Assembly: GCA_951406725.2 (NCBI GenBank)
Contig: OX597819.1
Coordinates: 82,460,001-82,524,000 of the forward strand
Length of the DNA stretch: 64,000 bases
From: Octopus vulgaris
Lineage: Eukaryota
Reading direction: 5' to 3'
The notes below the pieces were generated by a model that had not been told where the DNA came from, made no database searches, and saw nothing but the letters and a program-made list of their open reading frames with translations. The position numbers and the translations under genes were made by a program. Shown here in pieces: positions 51,411 to 63,690 of the stretch (its first letter is position 1; each line of letters opens with the position of its first letter).

Positions 51411-51730
51411 GTGGAGGCACAATAGCCCAGTGGTTAGGGCAGCGGACTCGCTGTCATAGGATTCAGTTTTGATTCCCAGACTGGGCGTTGTGAGTGTTTA
51501 TTCAGCAAAAACATCTAAAGCTCCATAAGGCTCCATAAGGCTCCGGCAGGAGGTGGTGGCAATCCTTGCTGTACTCTTTCGCCACAACTTTCTCTCACTC
51601 TTTCTTTTGTTGGCCTGCTCGCTTAGCCAGCAGGATGGCATCATTTGAAGGTTAAAACAATGCGAAGCGCATTGTGACCAGCGATGTGTAGCAACATCTG
51701 ATAGCCTGGTCGGTCTCGGTGATCACAGTG
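51411..51730 (+). mobile_element. Full-length tRNA-derived SINE (GTGGAGGC head)
   Basis: A-box-like TAGCCCAGTGG; body shared with the 25987 element; imperfect 11-bp TSD ATATCTAACCT / ATATTTGACCT. Confidence 0.85.
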
Positions 51731-53206
51731 ATATTTGACCTAAATATCAAGTTAATATGTAGAAAAAATTTCTTTGAGCCAAAGAAAGTAACTTTTCCAT
51801 GCTTAAGAGAGAACTTCCCTAGTACTGATATTCAAAAACATATATATCCATACTATATCATCAAACTGGTGGATGAAAGATAGGATATTGTATAATAAAT
51901 GACAGGATATTGTTATCATAAAAGTCTTAGTTAAAATGATACATTTGAATCAATTCCAAATGTATCAAGAAAGCCATTCCAGGAAAGCCTGGGAAAAAGT
52001 GATCCAGATAACCCTTGAGAATATTGGATCTTGCAGAAAAGACACAAAATACACATGTGAAAGGCTTATATGTTTCAAACTACCTATTGCACATGAACAT
52101 GAGAAAATTATGTAAAACTGATGTTGAAGGGTGAGGGTCATAGTGGCAAAAATAAAATAGATTTATATTAGTTTCATCTATGAAAATGACCAAACTTTCA
52201 ACATGCAAATACCACAATTCAATCTGAGAAAAATGCACTGAAGAATGAAATGAGTTTCTTCCACACTGACAGAATATATGCAAATAGGGTAACATTATGT
52301 GTTTGCGTTTACTACATGTAAGTAATCTCTTTATGTGCGTGTGCTGAATCAGAAGCTAAATGGTGTATAATAACAAATTTTACTTGCCAATAATAAATAT
52401 ACCAATACTAAATAGATTAATGAAACAATATATTAGGTAACCTGAAATACCATAGAGTGGAAAATTATGTTACTGACATTATTAAATATATTAAAGCTAG
52501 TTACAGCTTATACAGTTATATTTTAAGATAATTTTGTTCTCATAAATTTATTTTTTAACTTGTCAAAGGAATGTTACAATTGTAATAAGACAAAATAGAT
52601 TGAAAGTGAACAGGCTCTCTCCTTTAATGTAGTTTTTTTTTGTGAAATTTTTTGTTTACTTTTGTAGACATTGCATGGTAATCATTATTTTGATGAACAA
52701 ACTCTTGAGAGAATTAAGAGGAATGAGAAATAGAAAACTTGGAATTTTTAAAAAAATGGGGATATGGGGAGGAAAATGTTGAAATGTGTACAAAATTCTG
52801 TGTTGAATATTGGAAACATATTACATATCCCCCTTGTTGCCATCCTCACTACTTTAACGACTACTTTTCCATGCTTCCACAAGTCAGATGAAATTTGTTA
52901 TGGCAGATTTTCTATGGTGGGATGCTCTTCCTGTCACCAGCCCTCACCTGATTCCAAAAGTGTGAGAATGAAAGACTCTACTTACATAACAGTGACACTC
53001 ATTTTTATAACTATTCTATTATATGGACACAAGGAGACACACACAACAGAGAGAGTTTTATGTGTGAGCACTTAATCAAACTAGTTACAGATTGAAGAAT
53101 TGTGGATTTACATAACTGGCAATAATTGTATTTCTCTAGATTATTCTAAAAAAAACAATTACAATGTCATGTGGATAATTCATATTATTCAAATAATTTA
53201 CCTACC

Positions 53207-53404
53207 ATGCTAATAGCATGTAAAAAGCACCCAGCACACTGTTAAGTGGTTGACATTAGGAGGGGCATCTGACCATACAAGCCATGCAACAACAGACTAA
53301 TGGAGTCTAGACAGCTACCAGCTACCCAGCTCCATGTCAAACTGTCCAATCCATGCCAACATGGAAAGTGGTTGTTAAACGGTAATGATGATGGTGACGA
53401 TGAT
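53207..53404 (+). mobile_element. (GAT)n-tailed SINE/LINE 3' fragment
   Basis: Homologous to 20330-20520. Confidence 0.75.
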
Positions 53405-53426
53405 ACACACACACACATATAAATAA

Positions 53427-53465
<39 letters not shown>

Positions 53466-53847
53466 GTTTCTTTTAGTCTCTGTCTACTAAATTCATTCAC
53501 AAGGCTTTGGTTTTGGTAAGTCTGGCAATATAATAAAAGACACTTTTGAAATGTGTCATACAGGGTACTTAACTGGCAATCACATAGTTGAGAAGCAAAC
53601 TGCTTGGTCACACACCCATGGCACTACCTATAGGAAACAGAAGGTTAGTGAAATACTTTCCTTAGAATGTTGAATACTGCAATGAAATCACAGTCTGAAA
53701 ATTGCAGATACATTCTTTTGTCTGTTGACAATGCATGAGTACAGTCATTTCTATATTGATATTATCATCATCATCATTTCAATGCCCTCTTTTCCATGCT
53801 TGCATGAGCCAGATGGAGTTTATTGTGGCAAATTTTATATATAACAA

Positions 53848-54167
53848 ATTAACCCCAGGACTTATTCTCTATAAGACTAGTACTTATTTTATCGGTCGTT
53901 TTTGCCAAACTGCTAAGTTACAGGAACATAAACATACCAACATTGATTGTCAAGTGATGGTGGTGGGGGGGGGAAACATAAATATTTACATATATATACA
54001 TATATACAACAGGCTTTTTTCAGTTTCCATCTACCAAATCCACTCACAAGGTTTTGGTCGGCCCAAGGTTATAGTAGAAAACACTTGCCCAAGGTGCCAT
54101 GCAGTGGGACCGAACCCAGAACCATACGGATGGGAAACAAGCTTCTTACCACACAGCCACTCCTGTA
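53848..54167 (-). mobile_element. Family A SINE
   Basis: Near-collinear with 23734-24137. Confidence 0.85.
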
Positions 54168-54171
54168 TCTA

Positions 54172-54250
<79 letters not shown>

Positions 54251-54253
<3 letters not shown>

Positions 54254-55487
54254 GGGTTGGGCAAAATAATGGAAACACCTTAAAATTTCAAATTTATTTT
54301 AATATTGAGTAGGATCGCCTTTGGCAGTAATTACAGCTTGAGTTCTTCAAGGTGTGGCATTGTACAAAGTTTGAATTGTTTCCCAAAGGAATTTTTTCCA
54401 TTCTTCAGCTAAAACAGTTTCTAGTTCTTGTAGAGATGATCGTAGAGGATATCGACTCTAAAATGCACCATAAATGTTTAATAATATTGAGATCTGGGGA
54501 CTGTGGTGGCCAGAGAAGATGTTCAACTTCACTAGAATGTTCCTCATGCCATTCAGTAACAACTTTAGCTTTGTGAATTGATGCATTATCATCCTGAAAG
54601 ATTGCGTTTCCCTCTGGAGACAGTTACGTAACCATAGGATGAATTTGATCAGATAAAATGCTTAAATAGTCTTGACTATTAATTCCTCCATGAAGGGAAA
54701 CCATTGGGCTGGTAGATTTCCAAGATATAGCCCCCCGCCTCCACCCCGATCATCACAGATCCTCCATGTTTAACAGTTGGAAGTAGGCAGTCTGGGTCAA
54801 ATGCTTCTTTTGGCTGTCTCCACTTGTATACTTGGCCGGTGGGTGGAAATAAGGTAAAGGATGACTCATCCGAGAAAATAACATTCTTCCACTGCTCTAG
54901 GGGCCAAATTCATAGGTTTTTACTCCACTCTAAATGCTTAACAACTTTTGTTTTTGAAAGTAGTGGTTTTCTGATTGCAGCTCTTCCATGAAATCTGGCT
55001 TTGTGCAGCTCCCGGTGAACAGTTTTTGTGGAAACTGGATTTTCAAGATGGTCATTAATTTTGTGATCCTTTTACAACAATTTGTGTAAGAGTCCGACGG
55101 TCGCCTATCTGAAAGCTTTGGTTTTCTTCTGGAGTTTTGTTTTAACAAGGAGGCTTTTCTCTCTTTCTCAAGGGCTGTCATTACTTTTGAGACAGTACTT
55201 CTTGATACACCAAACATTTCAGCTGTTTTCATTATGCTAGTGCCTGCCATACAAGCACCAACAATTTGACCTCTTTGAAAGTTCAATAGATCTGTCATTT
55301 TAATGAATTTTAATTACCTTTTTCTGATGATGTCTGGAAAGAAACAGAAATTTTAGCAAGACATATTAAGCAACACTAATAATAAATCAAAAAGCATAAA
55401 AATAAACAAGCTTTTGATGGTTGTATAGATATTTCAAAATTACGATGCTATGATGCTAGGTATTTACATTATTTTGTCCAACCCCTA
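54251..55487 (-). mobile_element. Tc1-family (DD34E-type) transposon, near full length, inactivated
   Basis: TIRs CAGGGGTTGGGCAAAATAATGGAAACACCT / AGGTATTTACATTATTTTGTCCAACCCCTA in TA context. Minus strand encodes an HTH (QRGQIVGA..GVSRSTVSKV), VIFSDES, FQDDNA and WPPQSPDLNII, with frameshifts. Confidence 0.95.
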
Positions 55488-55496
55488 TATATATAT

Positions 55497-55660
55497 GATG
55501 GTCTTATTTAATTTTCTGTTCACCAAACCCACTCACAAGGCTTTGGTCAGCCAGGGATGACAATAGGAGACACTTGTCGTTGGTACCATGCATTGGGACT
55601 GAATAATGAAAGTATTTGGTCAGGAAGTAAACTGTTTAACCACACACCCATTGCTGCGCC
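55497..55660 (-). mobile_element. Family A SINE head
   Basis: CCACTCACAAGGCTTTGGTC...AACCACACACCCA. Confidence 0.75.
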
Positions 55661-55781
55661 AATCTTTCAAGCCTTTTCTTTGTGTTTTTCAATTTCAATT
55701 CTTTAACATTCATGATTAAGATTAGCTTTGATGGTATGATCCTAAATGCCTTTATTTTACCTAGTGGATTTATTTATTCAC

Positions 55782-55988
55782 TCATCATCATCGTTTAAAG
55801 TCTGTTTTCCATGCTAGCATGGGTTGGATGGTTTGACTGGGGTCTGAGAAGCCAAGAGGTTGCAACTGGCTCCAGTCTGATCTGGCAGTGTTTCTACAGC
55901 TGGATGCCCTTCCTAACACCAACCACTCTGTGAGTGTAGTGAGTGCTTTTTACGTGCCACCGGCACAGATGCCAGGGGAGGCTGGCAA
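55782..55988 (-). mobile_element. (GAT)n-tailed SINE/LINE 3' fragment
   Basis: Reverse complement of 20310-20520. Confidence 0.85.
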
Positions 55989-58005
55989 GGGGCTCCTTTT
56001 TCAAAAATCGAATTTATAGCTTAATACTGTTGAAAATGCGCAAGTTCATCTTTTTATGAAAATATAGAAATAAAATATTATTTGTACCATGTTCAATGAG
56101 AGCTAGAACACATTTGCATATTCATTTGTGATACATCCAAGCAAGTTCAGACACAAAGTATACTAGTCACTCTAGTGTGCATCATAGGAGAATAACTTCT
56201 GTCTTTTACAATGACAATGTGTTCAACACATTCAGCTCAATCAATCAATAAATAAATCTGTAGATCCAAACTATCTTGTTCTTGACTTTACTTGTAGTAA
56301 TTGTTGACTGACTGGCCATTTTATCTTTCTTATTTGTATAAGTAAATAGATTGGAAAGGTATTTAATTAGCCAACCCAGTTATAATTTCATAGTAGATAA
56401 TCTACTGTCTCTAATGCAATTAGGAAATGAAAGTGGTCACTGTTGCAAATTTCTCTTGTTAATACAATGTAGTGTTATAATATTTAAAAAGGAAACAAAA
56501 CAAAAATCCTAATGATGGCTGCTGCTGGATATGAAACATAAATGATAGTGATGGCGATACTTTTTAGATAATTTCCATAATTTTCTTATCAAGACTACTT
56601 ATTTGTTTTTATTGGTTTGCTCTTTGTCTAAAAAGCAATACTACTCAACTAATCATTATACATTAGATCAGAATGCCTGATTATAGCATGTAATGCATCC
56701 CAATGTTTACTCACGATGTTTTTAATTCATATTTTTCCCATGTATAACCAAAGCTTTGTTTATTGCACTTTGTCACACTTACAATCATCAATACATTCTC
56801 CCATTCTGTTCATTGAGGTGGGATGAGGGACTCTATGTAGTCTATCAGTCTATAAGAAATAGCAACCAAACTGTTGTCAAACCTCACACTACCTACTTAA
56901 ATAATGAAGGCATGCATTAAATAATATGCTCTTACATATCTCTAAAAAGATGGAGTGGTTACATTTGGAATGACTTTGATAATAGATCTAGTCGAACAGG
57001 GTTAACTAGAGCTAATCAACAACAAGAGAAAACAGAAAACCTTGAAAATTGATTTGTCAGAATTTTCTAAAAGTATCAGATATATGAATGAAGAATGCTT
57101 GCAATCTCTGAAATTTTGTCAAACACTGAGATCTATTTTGAAGACGCCAATATTATAATTTTCTCCCATAATGTATTTGACCACTATCATGATACAGTAG
57201 ACAATGTCTAAAACTATGAATCACCATCTTTAGCTGTCATCATTTCTAATATTATTAACTAATTTGTCATCAGCAGGAATCTAATCCATTTGGCTTTAAA
57301 AAAATCTGTCTATCAGAATTGTTGTTAGCTTTTTCTTTCTATATTTCTTCTAATATAAAGACTTGACAGTTTTTGAATGGTGTAATCTAATTAGCATATC
57401 TTATTTTGCTTTAAAAAAAATAACAACAAAGGATTTGCATAAGAAATCCAAATTCTTGTGTGAAATCTTCTAAAAATATTACAAATTTTGTTTTGTTAAT
57501 TTTCTGTCTTATTTTTATTACATCTGACATATGATGCAGGCATGGCTGTGTGGATAAGATGTTTGTTTCATAACAATTTGGTTCTCCAGGTTTGATTTGA
57601 TTGTGTGGCACCTTATGCAAGCATCATTTAGCATTGCCTTGGATTCACCAATGTTCTATTTATGAAATTTGAGGAACTAAAGCTGTGTGGAATACAATCA
57701 TATAAATAGATGTGTTTGTGCATGTGCATGTGTGTTGTTCACATGTATTTGTGTAAACTGTAAAGTTGTATAAATATCTTGTTATGTACATGAAAATTTC
57801 TCTAAGAAGAGCCTAACTTTGGAAAAATTTAACCTTTCAGTTTTTTGGGCTTCCATCAATCACTACTGATCATGCATCTGCAAATATATGTGCAAGTTGA
57901 GACAAGAGTTTTTGAGAAAGACTAGTAGTTGTCTATACATTCAAGTCTACCCTCTCCACTCCATATTTGCCCAAACTAGTTTTCTTGAACTATGCATTTG
58001 ACTTA

Positions 58006-58182
58006 TAATATAGGATCTAGTATCCATATTGTAGTGTAGAACGTAGCTCCTGTACTGTAGTGTAAAATCAGCATCTGTACTGAAGTTTAGGATCTGGTAT
58101 CTGTACTGTACCTTAGGATATAGCATCTGTACTGTAGTGTAGGATGTAGCAACTGTGCCAGCGTCTAGGACGTAACATCTAT
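58006..58182. repeat. Degenerate minisatellite, ~26-bp unit TGTAGTGTAGGATGTAGCATCTGTAC, about 7 copies
   Basis: Recurring TAGGAT.TAGCATCTGTACTG motif. Confidence 0.8.
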
Positions 58183-58964
58183 AGAAAGTTGATGGCTTTA
58201 ATAGTGTGTTCATCAGTTGTGTGTAGTTTAAGGCTTATTCTCTTATGAAAAATTGTATTTTTTTTGTGTTTTGGATGTTTTTGAGAAGGGCTAAGTTGAC
58301 ATCTCGTTGCAGTGTGTTCTCAAGGTTTCTGCATTTTGCAAAATGATTATACCTGGAAGAGAGTTTTGTGTTGAAAGATGGTGAAGCATTAATGTCATTG
58401 CCTAAGGATGAATATGTCATTAGAGGTGACAGCAAGTAGTTTGATGTTGTTATTTAGCCAACCACTAAATCATTTTTGATTGAACAGATCGATCAATGAT
58501 CAAAGGAAGTTGATCCATGGGCTGCTTATCATGTTTAATATTTTGCTTTGATTTTTTTTTTTTCTTTTTGTTTTTCATGAATAATGTATACCATAATCTA
58601 TAATATCCCCTGTCTTATTTTTCATAATAACAGGGTGAGGATGTAGTTTGAGGAAAATTTTGCCAGTCTTTATCTCTATTTCCTCAAAATCATTTGTTGA
58701 TATAAAGGTGAAAAAGAGTAGGAGAGATAGGAAAGCTTTGAGGAATACTCAAGTTGATATGAGAGAGCCTTATCAAGTTTATCATATATATGATTATTGA
58801 AGGGTAATGGGATGATGCTCATAATTTGTTATCAGTAGGTTTAATCAAAGTGGATGTTTGTAGACATCAAGTATATATATTAGATAGTTTGTTACTTTTA
58901 TTAAAATTTTTTGTAATGTATTGGCTATGAATAACTGCAAACATAGATTTGAAGATGTACATAG

Positions 58965-59125
58965 TTACAGTTATGGCTGTATGGTTAAGAAGCTTGCTTC
59001 CCACCCATATGGCCTTGGGTTCAGTCTCCTTTCATGGCACTTTGGGCAAGTGTTTTCTACTATAACCCTGAGTTGACCAAAGCTTTGTGAGTGGATTTAG
59101 TTGATGGAATCTGAAAGACGTTTAT
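58965..59125 (+). mobile_element. Family A SINE head
   Basis: TGGCTGTATGGTTAAGAAGCTTGCTTCCC...GGGTTCAGTC. Confidence 0.8.
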
Positions 59126-59307
59126 GTTGTATATGTGTGTGGTGTGTGTATGTATAAAGAGAGAGAGAGAGAGAGAGTGGTAACAGATGAGGTTAAGACA
59201 AGGGACCAGTTCCGCAGGGTAAAGCGTGGCTATAAGCGGAATCTAAGTGAGTAGGTATGGAGACAATTGGGCAGATAAACAAATACATACATACATACAT
59301 ACATACA

Positions 59308-60074
59308 TGAGGTTATTTCCTATGAAATGTCATATTTGAAAGACCACCATACAGTGACCACTAACTTTTTAGGGTGCAATGGTGGGTTTGGGTAGTGTTT
59401 AGCTGACTCTCCTGCATCTAATCACTGTTCTGTTCTGCTGTTATCAAAGAGTATCCATTTCTCATCACAAGTAATGATTTGATGCAAAAATGGTCTTTTT
59501 CCAGTCAAGAAAGCAATAAGGAGCACATTTCAAGACATCTGTTTTTTTTAATCTTGTTCAGTTGATGTAGAACAAACCTATCCGTTTTCTTGACTTTTCC
59601 AATTTTTTACAGGTGTTCAAAAAACAGTTGTGTGAGATGTTTGGAGTTCTGATTAAAGTTTGTGAACTTTTGTTTTCAGATTTTGTTCAACCAAAGCATT
59701 TAATCCAACATGCCAAATAACTGATTTTGGCCTACCCCTTAGTTTATTTTCAAGGCTATCATCTCTTTAATGAGAGCTTTGGAACCATCTCTGAACAGTT
59801 CTGATGTCAACAAAATCACAAAACCATTACCAAGGGCCCACTTGATATTCTGTAGAGCTTCTGTGGCAGAGTGACCCAGTGTGTACTCATACAAGAAAAT
59901 CACTCAATATAGTTTGGTTGTTATCATTTTCATAAGGTCTGTGGGTACAAATTTTGTATATCAATATTGTTGGGAAAGAAAAAAGTCAAGATTAGTTGCA
60001 AGGTATACATAATTGAGTTTTTAAATGACTGAAGTAACAAGTAATTAAAAATGTGACATTTCATATGAAACAAC

Positions 60075-60078
<4 letters not shown>
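59308..60078 (-). mobile_element. Deleted mariner element
   Basis: TIRs TGAGGTTATTTCCTATGAAATGTCAT / GTGACATTTCATATGAAACAACCTAA|TA; IITCDEKW motif on the minus strand near 59455-59480. Confidence 0.85.
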
Positions 60079-60121
<43 letters not shown>

Positions 60122-60166
60122 CATATCAAACCCAAGATGTTATATTCAATTTGTTTATCTGCATAA

Positions 60167-60215
<49 letters not shown>

Positions 60216-60217
<2 letters not shown>

Positions 60218-60540
60218 AAGTGTAAGAGGGTAAAGACTCCTTTTGGTCATGATGTACCGAGAAAGTCCCCCTCTGAGGTACAAGTCTGAGTAACATTGTT
60301 TATGGAAGACCAGTAGTCACCCATGCATACCAGCCTCCTCTGCCCATGCCACTGATGCAATCCAAGGGAAAGGCAAAGGTCAATACACCAGTGACATTGC
60401 AACTCATTTCTACAGCTGAGTGAATTAGAATAGCGTGAAAATAAAGTATCTTACTCAAGGACACAGCCTGGTCTGGGAATCAAACTCACTACCTCATGAC
60501 TGTGAGCCCGACGCTCTTAACCACTGAGCCATGCACCTTC
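60216..60540 (-). mobile_element. tRNA-derived SINE (third tail type)
   Basis: Minus-strand head GAAGGTGCATGGCTCAGTGGTTAAGAGC..GAGTTTGATTCCC with A/B-box-like motifs; CTTTAC-type tail. Confidence 0.8.
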
Positions 60541-61484
60541 ATATATATGCATATATATATGCATGTGTGTCTGTGTGTATTTGCATGTACCTTTTCTAGA
60601 CATTGACTGATGGCTGTAAATGGGCATCACTGTCATATAAGCAAGGTTGTTCATTTCCAGTATTTGAAGAGAAAAACATGTTTAGTAATGGGAAAATATT
60701 TCCTTGCTTGGAAACAAGTGAATGTTGGCAACAGGAAACACATCTGACCATAGAAAATTTGCCCCAGCAAATTCAATCTGACCCATATAAGCATAAAAAT
60801 CTGTGTGTTAAATGATGACAATGATGATGTGGATGATGACATTTGTGACTAAAAAATCCCAGGAATTACTCATAATTCAAACAATTAAACAGTTAGTAAC
60901 TAAAAGAATAATATTTGAATGTTTACTATTAAATTATAAAAGTAAAATTACATAACTTGACTCATATACTTTTGTTGTATATTTTCATTATATTTATCTG
61001 TTATTTTATTATATTATTTATTATTATAATTAACAAGGGAGACTGTGTACAAACTAAGGCAGTACTCCAGCGTTTTTATGTAACTGTCCAATTTTTGGCA
61101 ATAATTCATTCCAAATGAAAATGTTATTTATAACAAGTTAGCAAAAAGCTGTTTGATTGTAAATTACTCGAAGCATTTTTCTTTCTTTACATAACTGTGT
61201 GTTTGTTAGTATGTCTGAGAAAGAAGAAGGTAGTTATCCATAACCTTTCCCAGGTGCAAGGTAACTGGGTGAGGTCTATGCAATTAATATTTACCATGAA
61301 CTGCTAAAAGTTAATAGCTGGAGAAATATGGGTAATGACAGAGCATTCTAGAAATATGGTCCTGGGTGGAAAAGATTTTAGACAATATGGGATGTGATGA
61401 CTGGGAGATTATGGGAAGAGGAAAAACTAATAAATATTTTGTTCATACGATAACATAACCAAACACTTGCTTTAATATATTATT

Positions 61485-61487
<3 letters not shown>

Positions 61488-61522
<35 letters not shown>

Positions 61523-61863
61523 ATATATAGGTATATATATATGTATATATGTATATATGGATGTGTATATATATATTTGGATATGTATATGTATATGTAT
61601 ATATATATATATGTATATGTGTATATATATATATATATATGTGTGTATATGTATATGTATATATGTATTAGTATATATGTATATATATATATATGTATAT
61701 ATATGTATATGTATATGTATATATGGATATGTATATATATATATGGATATGTATATACATGTATGTATATATATATGTGTGTATATATGTATGTATATAT
61801 ATGTGTGTGTGTGTATATATGTATGTATATATATGTGTGTATATATATGTATATGTATATATT

Positions 61864-61904
<41 letters not shown>

Positions 61905-61905
61905 A

Positions 61906-61942
<37 letters not shown>
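61488..61942. repeat. Long compound (TA)/(TG) microsatellite
   Basis: Directly visible; source of the 175-, 153- and 85-aa YICV-rich ORFs. Confidence 0.97.
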
Positions 61943-62355
61943 TGCTTTGATATATTATCTGAAGTTGAAATATCTTAATATTTTGAAGTGTTTTAAGATA
62001 AAATATTACCTTAAGGTGAAGTACTTCAAGATAAACTCTTAATCACAAATGTTCAATCACAGCTAAAAACTATTTTTGTCTGGCAAATATAAAGCATCAT
62101 TCATAGTCTCATAAGGAGTAGACGTGGTTTTCCTCTTGTATCATGCACCACATCTTGGATTGACCTTAATTTCATCTAATGGAGTTTTATCAGTGACTTA
62201 GCTAGTGTATGTGCAGCCCTTGAGTTTTCCCTGTCCTACCCACCCACCCTATACAAGCTCATATAGCAGACCCAAAAGTGCTTCTCTCATAAAAGTGTCA
62301 TCAGGGGCAAACCATCCCTTTTCCGCCATTCCCTCAGCTATGCCACTGAGTTTTA

Positions 62356-62569
62356 CCCTTTCGTTACCGTAGTTCTGTTGAAATACATCTTTATTTCAAT
62401 TAATTTTGAAAATAACAAAGAATTTAGTAAAACAACTGTCATTATTAAGATGGTGTTTGAGACAAATTAACATAAAATTTTGATATAGATTTTAATTTAA
62501 ATCATTTTAAAAAGGAGGTTTGTATCACAGACCCAGAGGTGGTCTAAGGTGGGTGGGTATTAAAAAGGA
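62356..62569. mobile_element. TTAA-type MITE
   Basis: TTTA|CCCTTTCGTTACC ... GGTATTAAAAAGGA|TTAA; homolog of 15693-16067 in opposite orientation. Confidence 0.7.
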
Positions 62570-62649
62570 TTAAAGCTTCTTTAAATATGTATATTCCCTA
62601 TAACAATGCATGACTAATTTTTTACTGTTATTACAGAAATTAATATTTA

Positions 62650-63001
62650 TCTCTATATATATAAACGGCAAAATGTCTGTGTGTGTGTCCTTTATACAAA
62701 TTCACAATTTTTCAGTTAGAGGGCCCGCACTTTCTATGGTCATTCAAAATTGTCCAAGGGTAGTCTTGCACATCTTTACATTTCCCCAGTCACCCCGCAA
62801 AGCCATTAAAAATCAATAGAAATGACTTTTTGGTGAATTTTCTATCCAAAACCCAATCAAAATGCCTGAAGCTTGATATGCCAATTGAATGCCAGCTAGC
62901 TGTATGTGATTGGTCAGAGATTTGGACAGTACTTGCGTCTATGTGCACATGCACGCAGCTGTATATGCATGCACTAGCACTATGACACGGCATAGTGCTA
63001 G
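62650..63001 (+). mobile_element. Non-autonomous Helitron-like element
   Basis: A|TCTCTATATATATAAA..TGTCTGTGTGTG 5' end; hairpin and CTAG|T 3' end; no TSD. Confidence 0.8.
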
Positions 63002-63419
63002 TTAGTAAATATTTTGTTTAGTAAAGAAAGATTGTTGAACTGCAATCAGTTTCTAGATACCATGGCCTAGTGACAATATGATTAAATACTTTGTACTTCA
63101 TTTAACTTACACTCATAACAATACTCAGGATATCCTCAAACTCATAGCTCAACACTTCAACTCTTTCAATCACACCTCTGAACACCTCTCAGTCTATGAT
63201 TTTCTTGAAACCCTAAATTTTAGGGTTTTACTCTAAACCCTAAAATGCAAAAACTCTGGATACTTTTACTATGCAAGGGCATTTATACACATCATAACTT
63301 CTTTTTCTTCCTTTCAACAATATTTCCTCCATCCACAAAGACTGCTTTGTTGTTTTCATTCTGGTATGAATATTTTTTACATATCCTATTTATTGGCTTG
63401 ACTCTGTTTTTAAGAAGCC

Positions 63420-63690
63420 AACGTTGCAAGTGTATTCTGCTATAGCCTCAGGCTGACCAATAACTTCTGAGTGAATATGGTATGTGTGTGTATGTGTTTT
63501 TTGCTTGCCCTCACCCACTGCATGTTTTGTTTGCATCTCCATAACTTTGCAGTTCAGCCAAAGAGACCAGAATAAATACCAGACTTAAATAAGCACTGAT
63601 GTTGATCTGTTTGACTAAACATTTAAGTGCAGTGCCCAAGCATAGCTGCAGTACATTGACTGAAGCAAAGTAAAAGAAAGTAAAAGAAAA
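63420..63690 (+). mobile_element. Degenerate family A SINE
   Basis: CAAGTGTATTCTGCTATAGCCTC head remnant and GACTGAAGCAAAGTAAAAG tail. Confidence 0.7.

Noticed and set aside
61515-62042. 175-aa and other YICV/HTHT-rich ORFs (also at 1477, 18109-18503, 37886-38269, 54069)
   Set aside because: Translations of (TA)/(TG)/(CA)/(TATG) microsatellites, which lack stops in some frames.
63208-63244. AAACCCTAAA/TTTAGGGTTT telomere-like palindrome
   Set aside because: Only three short units; too little to call an interstitial telomere or fusion site.
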